A stretch of DNA of 63,836 bases, the filler included, from Squatina squatina (lineage: Eukaryota), in NCBI GenBank assembly GCA_031763465.1. It is 4 parts of 4 records of this genome, joined end to end, with 100 filler letters (N's around TTAATTAATTAA, not from the genome) between each part and the next. Parts side by side here need not be neighbours in the genome. Positions count along the whole stretch, not along the records: positions 36,788 to 51,420 come from JARFOE010714619.1; positions 51,521 to 63,836 come from JARFOE010000222.1; 2 more parts are not named here. One strand, written 5' to 3'. Both the position numbers and the translations under genes were made by a program. Each line of letters begins with the position of its first letter. Position 1 is the first letter of the stretch. Shown piece after piece: positions 47,278 to 60,965 of the stretch. Under the pieces are notes generated by a model. It was given only the letters and a program-made list of their open reading frames with translations, had not been told where the DNA came from and did not search any database.

Positions 47278-50200
47278 ACAAGACATATAGTCGGGTATTA
47301 CAATCTGAGAATACGGTGTATCCTGGGATATTACAGTATGAGGATACGGTGTATCCTGGGATATTACAATTTGAGGATATGCTGTATCCAGGGATATTGC
47401 AGTATGAGGACACGGTGCACCCTGGGATATTGCAGTAAAAGGACACAGTGTATCCTGGGATATTGCAGTCCAAGGACACGGTTTACCCTGGGATATTGCA
47501 GAATGAGGACACGGTGTAGCCTGGGATATTGCAGTACGAGGACACGGTACATCCTGGGATATTGCAGTACGAGGACACGGTGTATCCTGGGATAATGCAG
47601 TACGAGTACACGGTATATCCTAGGATAGCACTGTTCAACAGGGCACGGTGAATCCTAGGATATAATAATGCTACAGGCATTGATGTTTCCTGGGATATTG
47701 CAATAGGATGTCCTGGTGTATCCTGGGATATTACAGTACAAGGACATGGTGTATCCGAGGATTTTGCAGTACGAGGACACGGTGCATCCTGGGATATTAC
47801 GGTATGACAACATGGTGTATTATGGGATATTACAATAAGAAGTCACGATGTATCCTGGGGTTTACAGTAAGAGGTCCTGGTGTATCAAGGGATATTACCG
47901 TATGAGGACAGGGTGTATCAAGGGATATTACCTAATGAGGACAGGGTGTATCCTGGGATCTTGCAGTAGGAGGACACGGTGCATGCTGCTATATTATAGG
48001 CCGTGGACCAGGCTTATCCTGGGACATTACAGTACGAGTACCCGCTATATGCTGGAATATTATATTACAGTAAGATGACACGGTGTATCCTGGGATATAA
48101 TAGTATGAGCACCGTATACATCCTGGGATATTACAGTCCGAGGGCCTGGTGTATCCTGCGATATTACCGTTTGACGACATGATGTATCCTGTGATATTAA
48201 AGTATGAGGGCCCGGTGTATCCTAGGATATTGCAGTAAAAGGTCACAATGTATCCTGGGATATTGCCGTGCAAGGGCCCGGTATATCCTAGGATATTGCA
48301 GTACAAGGGCCCAGTATATCCTGGGTTACTACAGAATGAGGACATCGTGTATCCTGGGATAACACAGTACGAGGAAACAGTGTATCTTGGATATTGCAGT
48401 ACGAGGGCCTGGTGTATTCTGCGATATTACAGTTTGAGGACATGATGCATCCGAGGATATTGCAGTACAAGGCCCCGGTGTATCCTCGGATATTACAGTA
48501 CGAGGACGCAGTGTATCCTAGGTTATTGCAGTGCGAGGGCACAGTGTGTCCTCGGACATGGCAGTATGAGGGCCCGGTATATCCTGGGATGTTACAGTGA
48601 GACAAGTCCCGGTGTAATCTGATATATTCCAGTTCGATAGGGCTCGGTGTATCCGGGGATATTACAGAACAAGGAAAAGGTGTATCCTCGGCTATGACAG
48701 GATGAGGACACAGTATATTATGGGATATTATAGTATGGGGACATGCAATATCCTGAGATATTACAGTATAGGGACATGGTGTATCCTGGGATATTACAGT
48801 GTGAGGACATGATGTATCCTGGGATATTACAGTACAAGGACCAGGTGTATCCTGCAATATTACAGTACGGGGAAACGGTGTATCCTGGGATATTGCAGGA
48901 TGAGAACACGGTGTATTCTGGGATATTACAGTTTGAGAACATGGTTCATCCTGGGATAATTGAGTATGAGGTCACGGTATATCTTGGGATATTAAAGAAT
49001 GTGGAGACGATGTATCCTGGGATATTAGATTTTGAGGACTCGATGTATTCTGGGATATTTCAATACAACAGTGCCCAGTTTATCCTGGGATATTGTAGAA
49101 TGAGGGCCCAGTTTGTCCTGGGATGTTCGTGAGACAAGCCCCGGTGAATTCTGGAATATTAGAGTTCGCTAGGGCTTGGTGTATCCGGAGATATTACAGA
49201 ACGAGGAAAAGGTGTATACTGGGCTATGACAGCATGAGGACAAAGTGTATTCTGGGATATTAAAGTACGAAGGCATGTTGCATCCTGGGATATAACAGTA
49301 CGAGGACCCGGTATATTCTTGGATATTACAGTACGAGGATACAGTGTATCATGGGATATTACAGAACTACAACACTGTGTATCCTGGGATATTGCAGCAC
49401 AAAAGGGACCAGTTTATCCTGGGATATTACAAAACAACAGCGCCTGATGTATCCTGGGATATGACAGAATGAGGGCACAGTGTACCCTGGGATATTAAAG
49501 TATGAGAACATGGTGTATCCTGGGATATTACAGCGTGGGAACACAATGTATCGTGGGATATTACAGTATGATGATATGGTATATCCTTGGATATTACTGT
49601 ATTAGGATGCTGTGTATTCTGGGATATTACGATATGAGGTGTATCCTGGGATGTGACAGTGCAACAAGGCCCAGTAAATTCTGGCATATTACAGTATGAT
49701 AGGGCCTGTTGTATCTGGGGATGTTACAGTACGAGGACACTGTGTATCCTGACATATTATAGTATGAGGACACTGTGTATCCTGGCATATTACAGTACGA
49801 GGACACTGTGTATCCTGGCATATTAGAGTCGGAGGACACTGTTGCATCCTGGGATATTGGACTACGAGGGTCCGATGTATCCTGGGATATTACAGTACAA
49901 GGGCAAGGTGTATCCTGGATATTATATTATGGCAGAGCCCGGAGTATCCTGGGATATAACATTATGAGGAACCAGTATATCCTGGGATCTTACAGTATGA
50001 GGACACAGTGCATCATGGGACATTACAGAACTACAACACTGTGCATCCTGGTATATTACAGCACAACAGGGACCGGCTTATCCTGGGATATTTCAAAATG
50101 ACAACGCCTGGCGTACCTGGGATATTACAGAACGAGGTCACGGTGTATCCTGGACTATTTTAATAGGAGGACACAGTGTATCCTGGGATATTACAAAAGA

Positions 50201-51420
50201 ACGATATGGTGTATCCTGGGATAGTACAGTATGAGGACACGGTGTATCCTGGCATATTACAGTGCGGGGACACAGTGTATTGCGGGGTATTACAGTATGT
50301 GGACATGCTATATCCTGGGATATTACTGTATTAGGATACTGTGTATCCTGGGATATTACAATGTAAGGGCCCGGTATATCCTGGGATGTTACCGTGCAAC
50401 AAGACCTCGTAAATACTGCCATATTACAGTATGATAGGGCCCAGTGTATCTTGGGATATTACAGCACAATAGGAACCAGTGTATGCTGGAATATTACAGT
50501 ATGAGGACACAGCGTATCCTGGGATATGACACTATGATGACACGGTGTACCCTGGGATATTAACGTTGGAGGACATGGTGTATCCTGGGATATTACAGAA
50601 TGAGGACATGGTGTATCCTGGGATATTACAGTATGAGGATACGGAGTATCCTGTGATTTTACAGGACAAGGATATGGTGTATCCTGGGCTATTACAGAAT
50701 CACAGTGTGCAGTATATCCTGGGATATTGCCGTTTGAGGGCCCAGTGTATCCTGGGATGTTACATTGCGACAAGGCCCGGTGTATTCTGCTATATTACAG
50801 TACGATAGGGCCCAGTGTATCCTGGGATATTACAGAACGAGGATATGGTGTATCCTGGGGTATTACAGTATGAGGACATGGTATACCTTTGGATATTACA
50901 GCAAGGGGACATAGTGTATCCTGGGATATTACAGAAGAACGATATGGTGTATCCTGGGATATTACAGTATGAGGTCCCGGTGTATCCTGGGATATTAGTG
51001 TGAGGATACGGTGTTTCATGGGATGTTACAGTATGATGAAACTGTGTATCCTGACATATTATAGTATGAGGACATTGTGTATCCTGGGATATTATAGTAT
51101 GAGAACACGGTGTTTCCTGAAAAATTGCAGCATAATGACCCAGTGTATCCTGGGATATTACAGCACGACAGGGCCCGGTGTATCCCGGGATATTGCAGTA
51201 CATGGTCCTGGTGTGTCCTGGGATATTACAGTATGAGAACTCTGTGTATCCTGGGATACTACAGCACGACAGGGCCTGGTGTATCCTGGGATATTACAAT
51301 ATGACAGAGCCCGGTGTATCCTGGGCTATTACAGTATGAGGAAATGGTGTATCCTGGGCTATTACAGTATGAGGACGCAGTGTGTCCTGCGACATTACAG
51401 TAAAAGGAAATGGTGTATCC
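47278..51420. repeat. Satellite array, 33-bp monomer, about 4.1 kb to the contig end
   Basis: Consensus ATCCTGGGATATTACAGTACGAGGACACGGTGT, with diverged monomers. Confidence 0.95.
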
Positions 51421-51520
51421 NNNNNNNNNNNNNNNNNNNNNNNNNNNNNNNNNNNNNNNNNNNNTTAATTAATTAANNNNNNNNNNNNNNNNNNNNNNNN
51501 NNNNNNNNNNNNNNNNNNNN
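51421..51520. other. Artificial scaffold spacer N44-TTAATTAATTAA-N44
   Basis: Identical to the other two spacers. Confidence 0.95.
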
Positions 51521-51822
51521 TATTGTTTCAATTCATAATCAAGGATAAAACAAGGCTATACTTATTTTGGTTTAGTACAAGAATGGTATGAATGATCAAA
51601 TATTACATGTTTTGAAAATATGATTAATTCTACTTTGTAATATTGTTAGAAATGTAGGTAATCATTTTGTAGATGTGTGAAACAAAAGATGTATGCATTC
51701 TGAAAAGCAATGGTTATTTCAGTACTCAAATGGTTAACAATTCTAAGAACCAATTTCAGTACTTCATAAATTGCAACCACTGCCTTTCCTTACATCATTC
51801 AGTGAAAATTCAAACACCTGTA

Positions 51823-54749
51823 TCAGTCCTTTCTGACAGAATCACTGCTTGTTTCTCTGTCACAATACAACCAATACAATGAAAATAGGTAAAGTGCAAA
51901 ACATCCTATAAAATCATAATGATAAATGGTAACTAGAAACACAACAAACAAAACAAAATAGAAAACTTTCCATACCATGTTTTTTAAAGCAATTTCATCT
52001 GCAAATGGCTCACTCTGCAACCATAATTCCTCACTCTCAACATTACCATCACAAGCTTCACTTGCCTGCTCATTCTCAAGTGTTTTCTCATTACATTCTT
52101 CGGATTCTAACCCTTCTGAATATGGATGGATATTACTAGTAACATCAACGTTGGTTTCCTTTTCCTCATCCTCTTCAACTGGTGTACTAATCAAAATGAC
52201 TGGACCTAAGTGTTTGTGATGGCTACATGGCTCAGAATTCTGCGGCGGAGTGGTAACTCTATTTTCCTCCCCTCTTGTGTCACTTGAAGTATAAGGGGCT
52301 GAGCCTCGTCCTGTAATATATTTAGGCCTTACTGCATTTTGCTTTCTGCTCTCATTTGTTTGCATCTGTTGAGAGTCATGAAACATTTCTACCATTTCAA
52401 GACTATGGGAAACTATTGATTCAGAACATGTCTTAGCTGTTTCTCTTTCGTGGTCCATAATAGCTTCATTGTCTGTCCCACATTTTTGCCTCTCGACTGC
52501 CTCATACACTATACTTGTTTCATGGCCTGCTTTTTCTGCTATCTGTTCAGGAGTAGACACAATTTCCTTTATAGTTTGAGATATAGTAGTAACATTATGT
52601 AACTGGGTAAGTCCCACTGATCTTGATTCATCTGTTCCACCACAGTGTTGCAATATGTTTTTTAAGCTCGATGCTTCTCCTCCCTTAACACCTGCTTTTC
52701 CCACCTCTGTAGACTCTTTAACATCTGGTACACTGTAATTACATTTAAAGTCCATTTGTGAAACATTACAATTCTGTGTAAAGTTTATATCCTTCNNNNN
52801 NNNNNNNNNNNNNNNNNNNNNNNNNNNNNNNNNNNNNNNNNNNNNNNNNNNNNNNNNNNNNNNNNNNNNNNNNNNNNNNNNNNNNNNNNNNNNNNTGTAA
52901 AGTTTATATCCTTCTTATTCTCACTGTAATACACATTTTCTTCTGGGAGCTCCGTAAGATTAGTAGGCAACTGTTTTCCATACTCTGTACACACTCGTTT
53001 AACTTCACAATTATCCGTTATTTTAAGTTCCACAGATTCAAAAAGATGTTCAGGAATTCTCTCATTTGTAACAGTGATTTCACAAGAAATTCTTTCTTCT
53101 GCTTCATTCTGAAGATCAGGAATCATCTTCATTGAATCGGCAGCACCTTTCCCAACATCTGCAGTAATTCTGGCTTCACTTCGATTCTCGACAACCACTT
53201 GAACGTCAGCAATCAAATTTTCTGCAACTTCTAAAGTTTGAATGCAACTACAAGACACATCTGGATATTTTATATCTTCTGAAATTGGGGTTGATGTCCT
53301 TGTATCCAGAGTTATTGTAGGAGTTGCTTCTTCCTCTATGTTTTTCTGAGGAGCATCAGATGTATCCTTTTCCATTTGTACAAACACCGTGCTAGCTTCA
53401 ATTATATGTTCACCAAACTGTGGAACACTTTTTGCGGTTTGTTCATGCGTAATGGTGATTCTTGAAGGCTGTTCATGCTCTGATGGTATGTGAAAAGCTG
53501 TGGTCACCTCCTGGATGGACTCTGAAAATTGTGCATTACTTGGCGAATGCTGCATGGCTTTCCCTTTTTCAGATACAGACGTGGTAGCTCTTCCTTCATC
53601 TCCAGTAATTTCAAACAAAGCTGCTTCTATTGCTTCCTTTACTATTGTATTAGCTAACGTACACGATGGAGCACTAATGCACTGCTCTGCAATTTGTGTG
53701 GCTACTACTTTATTTTCTTTTCGTTCATTAGCACTGTCCTTGTGTGTTGAATCAACATCTGAAATGTGTGTCAGTATCTTATTCATTTCACAAGAGTCTT
53801 GATATCTTTCTTCTTCTAAAGATCCCTGCAGAGCAGGGATTTCTACAGTCATTGCTGTAGTCTCAATCTTTGGCATGTTTGTAACTTCTGGCAGTTCACT
53901 TGATGTGGTCTGAAGACAAGTCCCAAACTCCGTTCCTGTATTTTGATACTTTCCACTATCTGAAGCGCTGTGCGTACTTGTACATTGCATGAATTCTGTG
54001 ACATCTGCAGTGTCTGTTACAATTCTTCTGTCATTTGAATATATCTCATAAGAACTTTCTTCTTTTGGAGTAACCTGAAATGTAATGGCTATTTCTTTTC
54101 CAATTTCTGAATGGTTTGTAACTTCTAAAGGATCACTAAGTCTTTCTTTTGCACTAACCCCGGGAGCTTTTTTAGTTGGGTTTTGCTCTTGCATACTTTC
54201 TGCTCCCTCGTTTGGTATATTAAGTTTTTCAGAAAAATCATTTTCTTGCTTTACATCTTCCAAATTTTCAGCTTCAATGTAATATTGGGGTGGTTCTTGT
54301 GTGTCACTTATTTTTGCACTGAAAACCTTTTTGTTCTCTGATGAGATTGATCTGTGGAATGAAGAACTGATTCTATCTGGCTCAAATTCCGAGTCAGTGA
54401 TGGCGCAGACTGAAGAAACAGGGGTGGACTCTGAATCACTGATTGCTAATGTATCACTAGTTAAATAAACATATTCACTACTTTGATTTTCAGCATCTCT
54501 GTTCTCTTGTAGTAAATTTAAAGTATTTGGTGTATTATTGAGGAGCTCATCACATCCATCTGTAACCCCCTGAATGATTACCAAGTTATCCAGCATATCA
54601 TTAGCAGAGACACGGTCTGTGTTGTTTTCTGAGAAACGATTTATTTCTCGTTCAGGTTTAGTTGATGTATCAATTACATGTGATGTAACAGCTTCATTCC
54701 TTCTCTGAGAGAGTGGAAGGCTGCCTTCATTTAATAAGTGTGCTTCATT
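51823..54749 (-). CDS. PPP1R3A: PPP1R3A last large exon (acidic disordered region and C-terminal membrane anchor); 5' boundary in a gap
   Basis: Long E/S/T-rich ORF ending KVFYFVLFVVFLVTIYHYDFIGCFALYLFSLYWLYCDRETSSDSVRKD* (cf. human FLLFLIFLITVYHYDLMIG..LSLSWL). The gap near 52796-52895 is a 19-bp contig overlap that joins in frame. Confidence 0.9.
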
Positions 54750-55008
54750 NNNNNNNNNNNNNNNNNNNNNNNNNNNNNNNNNNNNNNNNNNNNNNNNNNN
54801 NNNNNNNNNNNNNNNNNNNNNNNNNNNNNNNNNNNNNNNNNNNNNNNNNTATTCCATTGCGTGGTTGTTTTCCTTTCCCGAATCTTCTCCCTATTTTCCT
54901 GTTGGGCTGTGTTTGGGTAAATTCAGAAACAATATCAATAACTTACCATGGGAAGCTTTTTAACATTGTATCAAAGGCACATACAGCTTAAAATGGAGCA
55001 ATTTATAC

Positions 55009-55067
55009 CTTCCGAACTTGGTAGCATCATAGGGCCATCATCAGAGGATGTTTCCAGGATGTCTTTG
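55009..55067 (-). CDS. PPP1R3A: PPP1R3A short exon 2 (59 nt)
   Basis: Acceptor tttttttttaaAG, donor GTataa; translates KDILETSSDDGPMMLPSSE. Confidence 0.65.
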
Positions 55068-56567
55068 CTTTAAAAAAAAAGCATATGATATAATTTGTAA
55101 GATAACATTTCTTGGGTAAAGTTTAAGACAAGACTTCAGTGTAAGAATTTTACTTTAGTCAGAGTTTCTAGGGAATTCTAGATTTCCCTTTGCAATCCCA
55201 TCTGATATCAGGCAGGATCGCCATGGAGCTCCACACTCCATTTCTCTTGTCCTGGCCCCACTAGGACCACTGCTGGCTGCCCCTTCTCTGCCAACTGCAT
55301 GTAAATGCCAGCAAAAAGAATAGGGCCAAACTTCCTGGTCCATTTTCTTCCCATTTGCACCTCTTACTGCTGCTCCCCAGATCCACTTGGTAGAAAGTGG
55401 CAGTAGACTGGCTTTACTGGTGGTAAGGCCCCAAATTCTGTCAATAGAGGATAAGGGTCTAGTTGAAGCTTTCTCTCCCCAAATGGACCACCATATAATT
55501 ACCTATGTAGAATCTGGTCTCTGCCAAGGCCTACAAAGCGACTAAGTTTCTGCATCTTTAAGATTATTCTGCCTCTTTAAAAGGTACCTGACCATCACTT
55601 TTGATACTGCAGCACTGATCCACACCACCCCCATCCCAATTTCCATGACTTCTTGGTGGCAGGACTCCTGCCAAGAACCTGCCTTGCATGCAAAATAACC
55701 TCCAGCCCAGGAAAATGGTTTGGGGTTATGAGTGGGTCAAAGGAGCACGTAGAAGTCCAGTCCTGCTGCTACTCTGTCCTGCAAAGAAAATCCCAAACCT
55801 AACATACCATTTGCAGCAAGTCTAAATAAATACCTTACTTGTAAGTCTCAATGCAGTTTAAACTGTATTCCAAGTACTAGAGAGGTCTAATTGGCTTAGG
55901 CCTCAATGTGACAGACTTGAAATTGATTTCCACCTCTTATGAATACCAAGCAAGGTATTGTAATCGTTGCTGATATTAAAATGAAATGTATCCAGGATGC
56001 AGATACACAGTCATCCACAGACTCTCTGAATTTCAGTTAAACCTCTTCCACTGCTCAAGTCTCAATTGTCTCTTCAACTTTCTGTTACCAATCGTCAGGT
56101 GAGACAATATTAACTTTAAAGCATGCTGAAAGTCAGCTTGTCAAAATATAATGGACTTTCAATTAGCCAAATCATGAGGGAGACACAGCATCAGCTTGGA
56201 TCTTTAAGAGGCTGCTTCTATTTAGCAGTGATGTAGCATATCTTCAGTGCAGTGCCAAATGATGTGAACTGATTTATATTTTCCCCTTTGTAATATCATT
56301 ACTGTAGAAGTGTAAAAATACAAGTAATAATGAACATACATCTATGTAGTCCTGGGGACTAAGAATAGGCGGATCATTTGAAAGACAAGATCTCGGCTGT
56401 CCTTCCTGTTTTGATTTCCCCACAGATGGAATCCATTACTGTTTTTCATTCATAGTGCATTTACATANNNNNNNNNNNNNNNNNNNNNNNNNNNNNNNNN
56501 NNNNNNNNNNNNNNNNNNNNNNNNNNNNNNNNNNNNNNNNNNNNNNNNNNNNNNNNNNNNNNNNNNN

Positions 56568-57286
56568 TTCGGGTCATCCTTCGTGTGACATAAAATCACG
56601 TAATTTTTGTGATCGTTGTTTGCCCAGTAAATTCCATCTGGAGTTTCGTAACGGATAGCAAATTCGACTTTAGCTCCGTCTTTCCGATAAGGGGGGACTA
56701 ACACAATCCTAAATGTGAACTGGTCAGTTTCACCGTCACAGGAATCAGCCACATAATCAGCGAGTATGTCAAAGTAACTGTCCCAGTGGTTTAATGTCAT
56801 CCGGATGTACACCAGCTTTTCATACGATATGTTCAGCACACGAATGACTCCTTTCATGCATGTTATACCCGGAGGAAACTCTGTTGATTCTAGTTCCACT
56901 TTCTGGGCGTAAAGTTTCTGCATCAGATCCTCAGGGGAGGCTGGTAGCTCGAAAAGTGGTAATAACAGACATTCTTCAAGAGGTGGCCACTCATCCTGCG
57001 GTTCTCCGCCGAGAGGTCCAGTGGGCACATCCCATTTGTCATATTCTCTGACAGACACAAGTTCCAGGCCAAATGCATCAGCGAAAGAAACTTTTCGATT
57101 GAGAGTTAGGGGAGGTTCTGGCCCCTCATCTGAGGAAGAACTCCGTCTTCGTGGAAGCGGGGAAGATTTTGGCTTGATCCAAATCTCGTTAGTGTCTTCG
57201 TCCTCAGCAAATACGTCATCTTCAGCCGGCAGACCCAACAATCTGACTGCAAAATGCTGCTTTTGCTCTTTTTCGGCTGACTCCAT
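56568..57286 (-). CDS. PPP1R3A: PPP1R3A exon 1 (PP1 glycogen-targeting subunit GM: RVxF motif and CBM21); 3' boundary in a gap
   Basis: SPLPRRRSSSS, RKVSFADAFGLELVSV, GVIRVLNISYEKLVYIRMTLNHW, DGETDQFTF, VEFAIRYET..GIYWANNDHKNY. Confidence 0.93.
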
Positions 57287-57404
57287 TGGTGTGTCTAGAG
57301 TTTACTGAAGCAGGACCGCTCAACTAGTGGCTCTCGATATTTCAGGCAAACAAATTTTAACACAACGTCTTTGGTTACAGTTGACATTGTAAAAGAACTC
57401 AGGC

Positions 57405-57414
57405 CTATTAATAG
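57405..57414. promoter_or_regulatory. MEF2 consensus site upstream of PPP1R3A
   Basis: CTATTAATAG fits CTA(A/T)4TAG, about 120 nt upstream of the ATG; an E-box CAGTTG lies at 57378-57383. Confidence 0.5.
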
Positions 57415-57719
57415 CTCCACTGGCTTGTAAACTATGCTCGTCTGCCTTCACCAAGATTTGCTCCTCTGAACATCAATGCTGTGTTTTTGGCTCCACACAG
57501 TGCACAGAGAGTTGGGCCAAACCTCGTTTTACAGTTCACACAACAGAAGCTTCAACTGGAGAAGTGACACTCTGCTNNNNNNNNNNNNNNNNNNNNNNNN
57601 NNNNNNNNNNNNNNNNNNNNNNNNNNNNNNNNNNNNNNNNNNNNNNNNNNNNNNNNNNNNNNNNNNNNNNNNNNNNGAGCAGGTGTGAGGAGAGGTAATT
57701 GATGTGAGAAGTAAGATCC

Positions 57720-57965
57720 TTACCTTGACAACTTTGCTGGGGTCATTAAACTTTTTTTGGTATTGCAGCGTCGTCATGGGAGCTAAGCTCCTTCCATTGA
57801 CCTCCTCAGCCACCTCTTCCCACTGGCCACAGAGGTTTTGCCTGAAGGTCTTCTGCACACCTGGGAGGAACAGGATCTCCTGTCTACTCCCTGTACCACG
57901 GCCTCCAAAGCAGCATTGGTGAACCTGGGGGCCCCATCTACAGCCCCTTTTCTCTTCAGAAGCAT
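57720..57965 (-). pseudogene. Harbinger Myb/SANT-like gene remnant
   Basis: APRFTNAALEAVVQGV / QWEEVAEEVNGRSLAPMTTLQYQKKFNDPSKVVK, then donor GTAAGG. Confidence 0.8.
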
Positions 57966-60539
57966 TCTGCCTTTAAGAGGTGCCCGATTTCCCGCCCACA
58001 CGCCACTCTGCCCCAATAGTTGTGCAGCCAATAATCAGTGCAGTGGCACCGGTTACACACCTGACCCATTAAAATGATGTACCTGCACCAATGTCATGCA
58101 ATAACTGCACCCATGTGAACAGGCTCGCGCAGCGCATGCCTGTTTTCAGGGGTGATAAAACTCCTCGGCCCTAATGTCATCCCTTGATAAATTATTGAAA
58201 ATAAATTAAACCAGGTGATGTCAGGCTGCATAACTCAGAGTTAAATAGTGAATATCACAAGGAGTTGCATTTGAGTGGTCACAAGCGTAATTCTAATCTT
58301 GATTTTCTGGATCAAATGATGTTGTAAGTTGATGTTGATGTTGTTTCAGGTAGAATGCAACAACAAAAACTAAAAACACCATTTCCCAATAACTTTTATT
58401 TGTTTCTCCACAGGGGCCAGGAAAGCTAATATTTCTATTTAATTATGAAATGTTTCTCCAGAGGTGCCCTGCAGGTTATTAGTCAATCCAGAAGATGGCA
58501 CCAAAGAACTAAAAACATATTTGTAAAAGGACGAGATTGTGGATTACAATATTCCACTCTTTTAGGTTCAGAAATTAATTATATGCCGATGGTTGTTGTT
58601 TACAATTAATTTTTGTTGGATTTTCATGACTATTCACTCAATAGGAATTATACTAAAATATTTATTTTCAACACAACTTCTGCTACAATTTTATTCATAA
58701 GACATACTTATTACAGCTATTGTTTACTTTGCATTATAGAGTTGACACTATATTATCAGCAAACAGCAGCAAAGTAAGCAGCACATATGAAGAACTAGAT
58801 ATAAAAGGGACTTTGTCCAAACTGGGAAACAGAGCAAATATATGGAAACAAAACATTAACTTAACAACAGCTNNNNNNNNNNNNNNNNNNNNNNNNNNNN
58901 NNNNNNNNNNNNNNNNNNNNNNNNNNNNNNNNNNNNNNNNNNNNNNNNNNNNNNNNNNNNNNNNNNNNNNNNATCATTTTAACAATCCGAATGCACCTGC
59001 AATTCTACTTCTGAAACAACATTTTTACTTCCCCTTATATAACACCATCAGAATGAGTTGACCTGCCATCCATTAAAATGGGAGATTTCACTATTTAAAT
59101 AAAGTACACCAGGTGTGTGAATGAAAAGGTGTTTCGTCCGAAACATACCAACCACTCCAGAATATCTGCCATCGCGACAGGGACATTTCCCAGTGTTTAT
59201 CGATACATTTTGGTTCTAGATATGAATGAATGAATCACTTTTTGCATTTCACTTACAACTTGCAGAGAATACATTCGGATATCTGTGAGATTCTGAATGC
59301 TTCAGTTTCACGCTGCCACGATTTTCCTGTTTAAAACATCTTATTTTCCACTGGGAAGGAGAATCGTAGGGGGTTTTCGGACAAACACTCACTTTAAAAT
59401 GTTGAATAAAGGCGTGCTAATGGACAGCGGGTCCCGCTTCTCCAACATGTCATTTAAATACGGCAGCGATTTTATTATTAAATAGAAAAACGGTCAAACC
59501 GTAACTGAAATCTCACCTATGCAGAACATCGCAGGCACAACACATCAGATCAGTGAATAAGAACTTTTCTTCTGACTGCGGTACTCTGCGGGTTTTCTGA
59601 AGTTGTGTCGTTAGATGGAGTAGCAAACCCGCTGAGTTTAGTCTGTTACCGACTTGAAACACAACTTCAGGGGGGAATAGGCATTCAGCTGTCGCCGGAT
59701 TTAGGTAATGTATTTCAAAACGTAACTTTATTCATGCAATTGTGTTGAAATCCGCCGGTACAATGGGTTTGCAAAGTATGGAAAACAAGGCCGGTTGAAC
59801 ACGATCGTTACAGCAAACCGCGCAATCTTTTGTCACATTACAAACTTGCATCCAAACAAGTTGGAGAACATTTGCAGATTCATTTAAAATGGTCAGCGAT
59901 TCAGGTAGCATGCTATCTTACTGTTCAGTGCAAATATGTCAGGAAGCTGATCCCTTCTCCAGCCCAGCACGCCCGTGTGCTGGATACACGTAACATTTTC
60001 GGGAAGGTCTGTAAAGGAACGCACAGATTTGTAAGGAATATAGATTTATCTCCTATTGGATTTTGCATTGAAAAAATGCGCTACCGTGTAAGGGGGGCAA
60101 ATAGCGTAGCATTACGTTTCATGTCCCGTTTAGTACGGGATAAGAAATTCCCAAAGAGCAGCCTGTGTTCACTTCTAACCTGCGCCAAACACCAAGTACG
60201 AGTGAAATAAGACAGTGCAGATCAGAAATCACCTTTATTTTTTTCTTCTTCTTCAAGGAGAATATTTGACCTTGCAGGATGCCAATTGCCCAACAATTTT
60301 CAGAAGTGGGTCAATGCCAGACCAGTGATTCCGCAAATTAAAGTTAGATAAAACGCACTTTTGGGAAGTGTGTCAGTGAGGCGCTACAAGAAGTGTGTTG
60401 AAATCAGTAATAGCCCTGTTCATTACCTCACAGAGCCAGAGACTCTAATGGAGCACTCGGTTCCTGTTCAATAAAATCAACCTTAGAACACAACATTCTA
60501 CTCATCTGATCAAAACTTTGAACAGCAATGTACTTTTCT

Positions 60540-60751
60540 TTATGTGTCTGTCTACATGGGTCAGTATATCTGTACATGTCTGTCTGTAAGCCTATATCTG
60601 TCTGCGTGTGTCAATTGTGTACGCCTGCACATATGCCTACATATTGGACTGCTATCAGCTGCAATTATATTCAGCATAATTATGTGTGGTGTGTGCCCTA
60701 ATGTTGCTTGTTGATTAAGTATGCCTGCACGTATATCTGGTCCCATGTCGC

Positions 60752-60784
<33 letters not shown>

Positions 60785-60965
60785 CTAATTAAGTGTATCT
60801 GTATGTGTCCCTAAGTGCATAAGTGTGTGTATTAGCGAGCATATGCGTGTGTGAGCATCTGTGTGTGTCTTTGTGGGTATGTATGTCTATGTATGCGTGT
60901 GTGCGTGTGTGAGCGCGTGTGTGTATGTGTACGCATGCATGCGTGTGTGTGTGAGTGTGAGTGTA
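60540..60965. repeat. Degenerate (TG)n tract with a perfect (TA)n microsatellite at about 60752-60780
   Basis: Directly visible in the sequence. Confidence 0.85.

Noticed and set aside
47218-51420. Many ORFs with 11-aa periodicity (YPGILQYEDTV, CILGYYSMRTR) and a CRISPR-like repeat length
   Set aside because: These are by-products of a 33-bp satellite. Monomers are contiguous with no unique spacers, stops are frequent, and the context is eukaryotic.
54851-54907. Candidate PPP1R3A exon 3
   Set aside because: The position fits, but it is truncated by a gap and the acceptor and frame are ambiguous, so it is not called.
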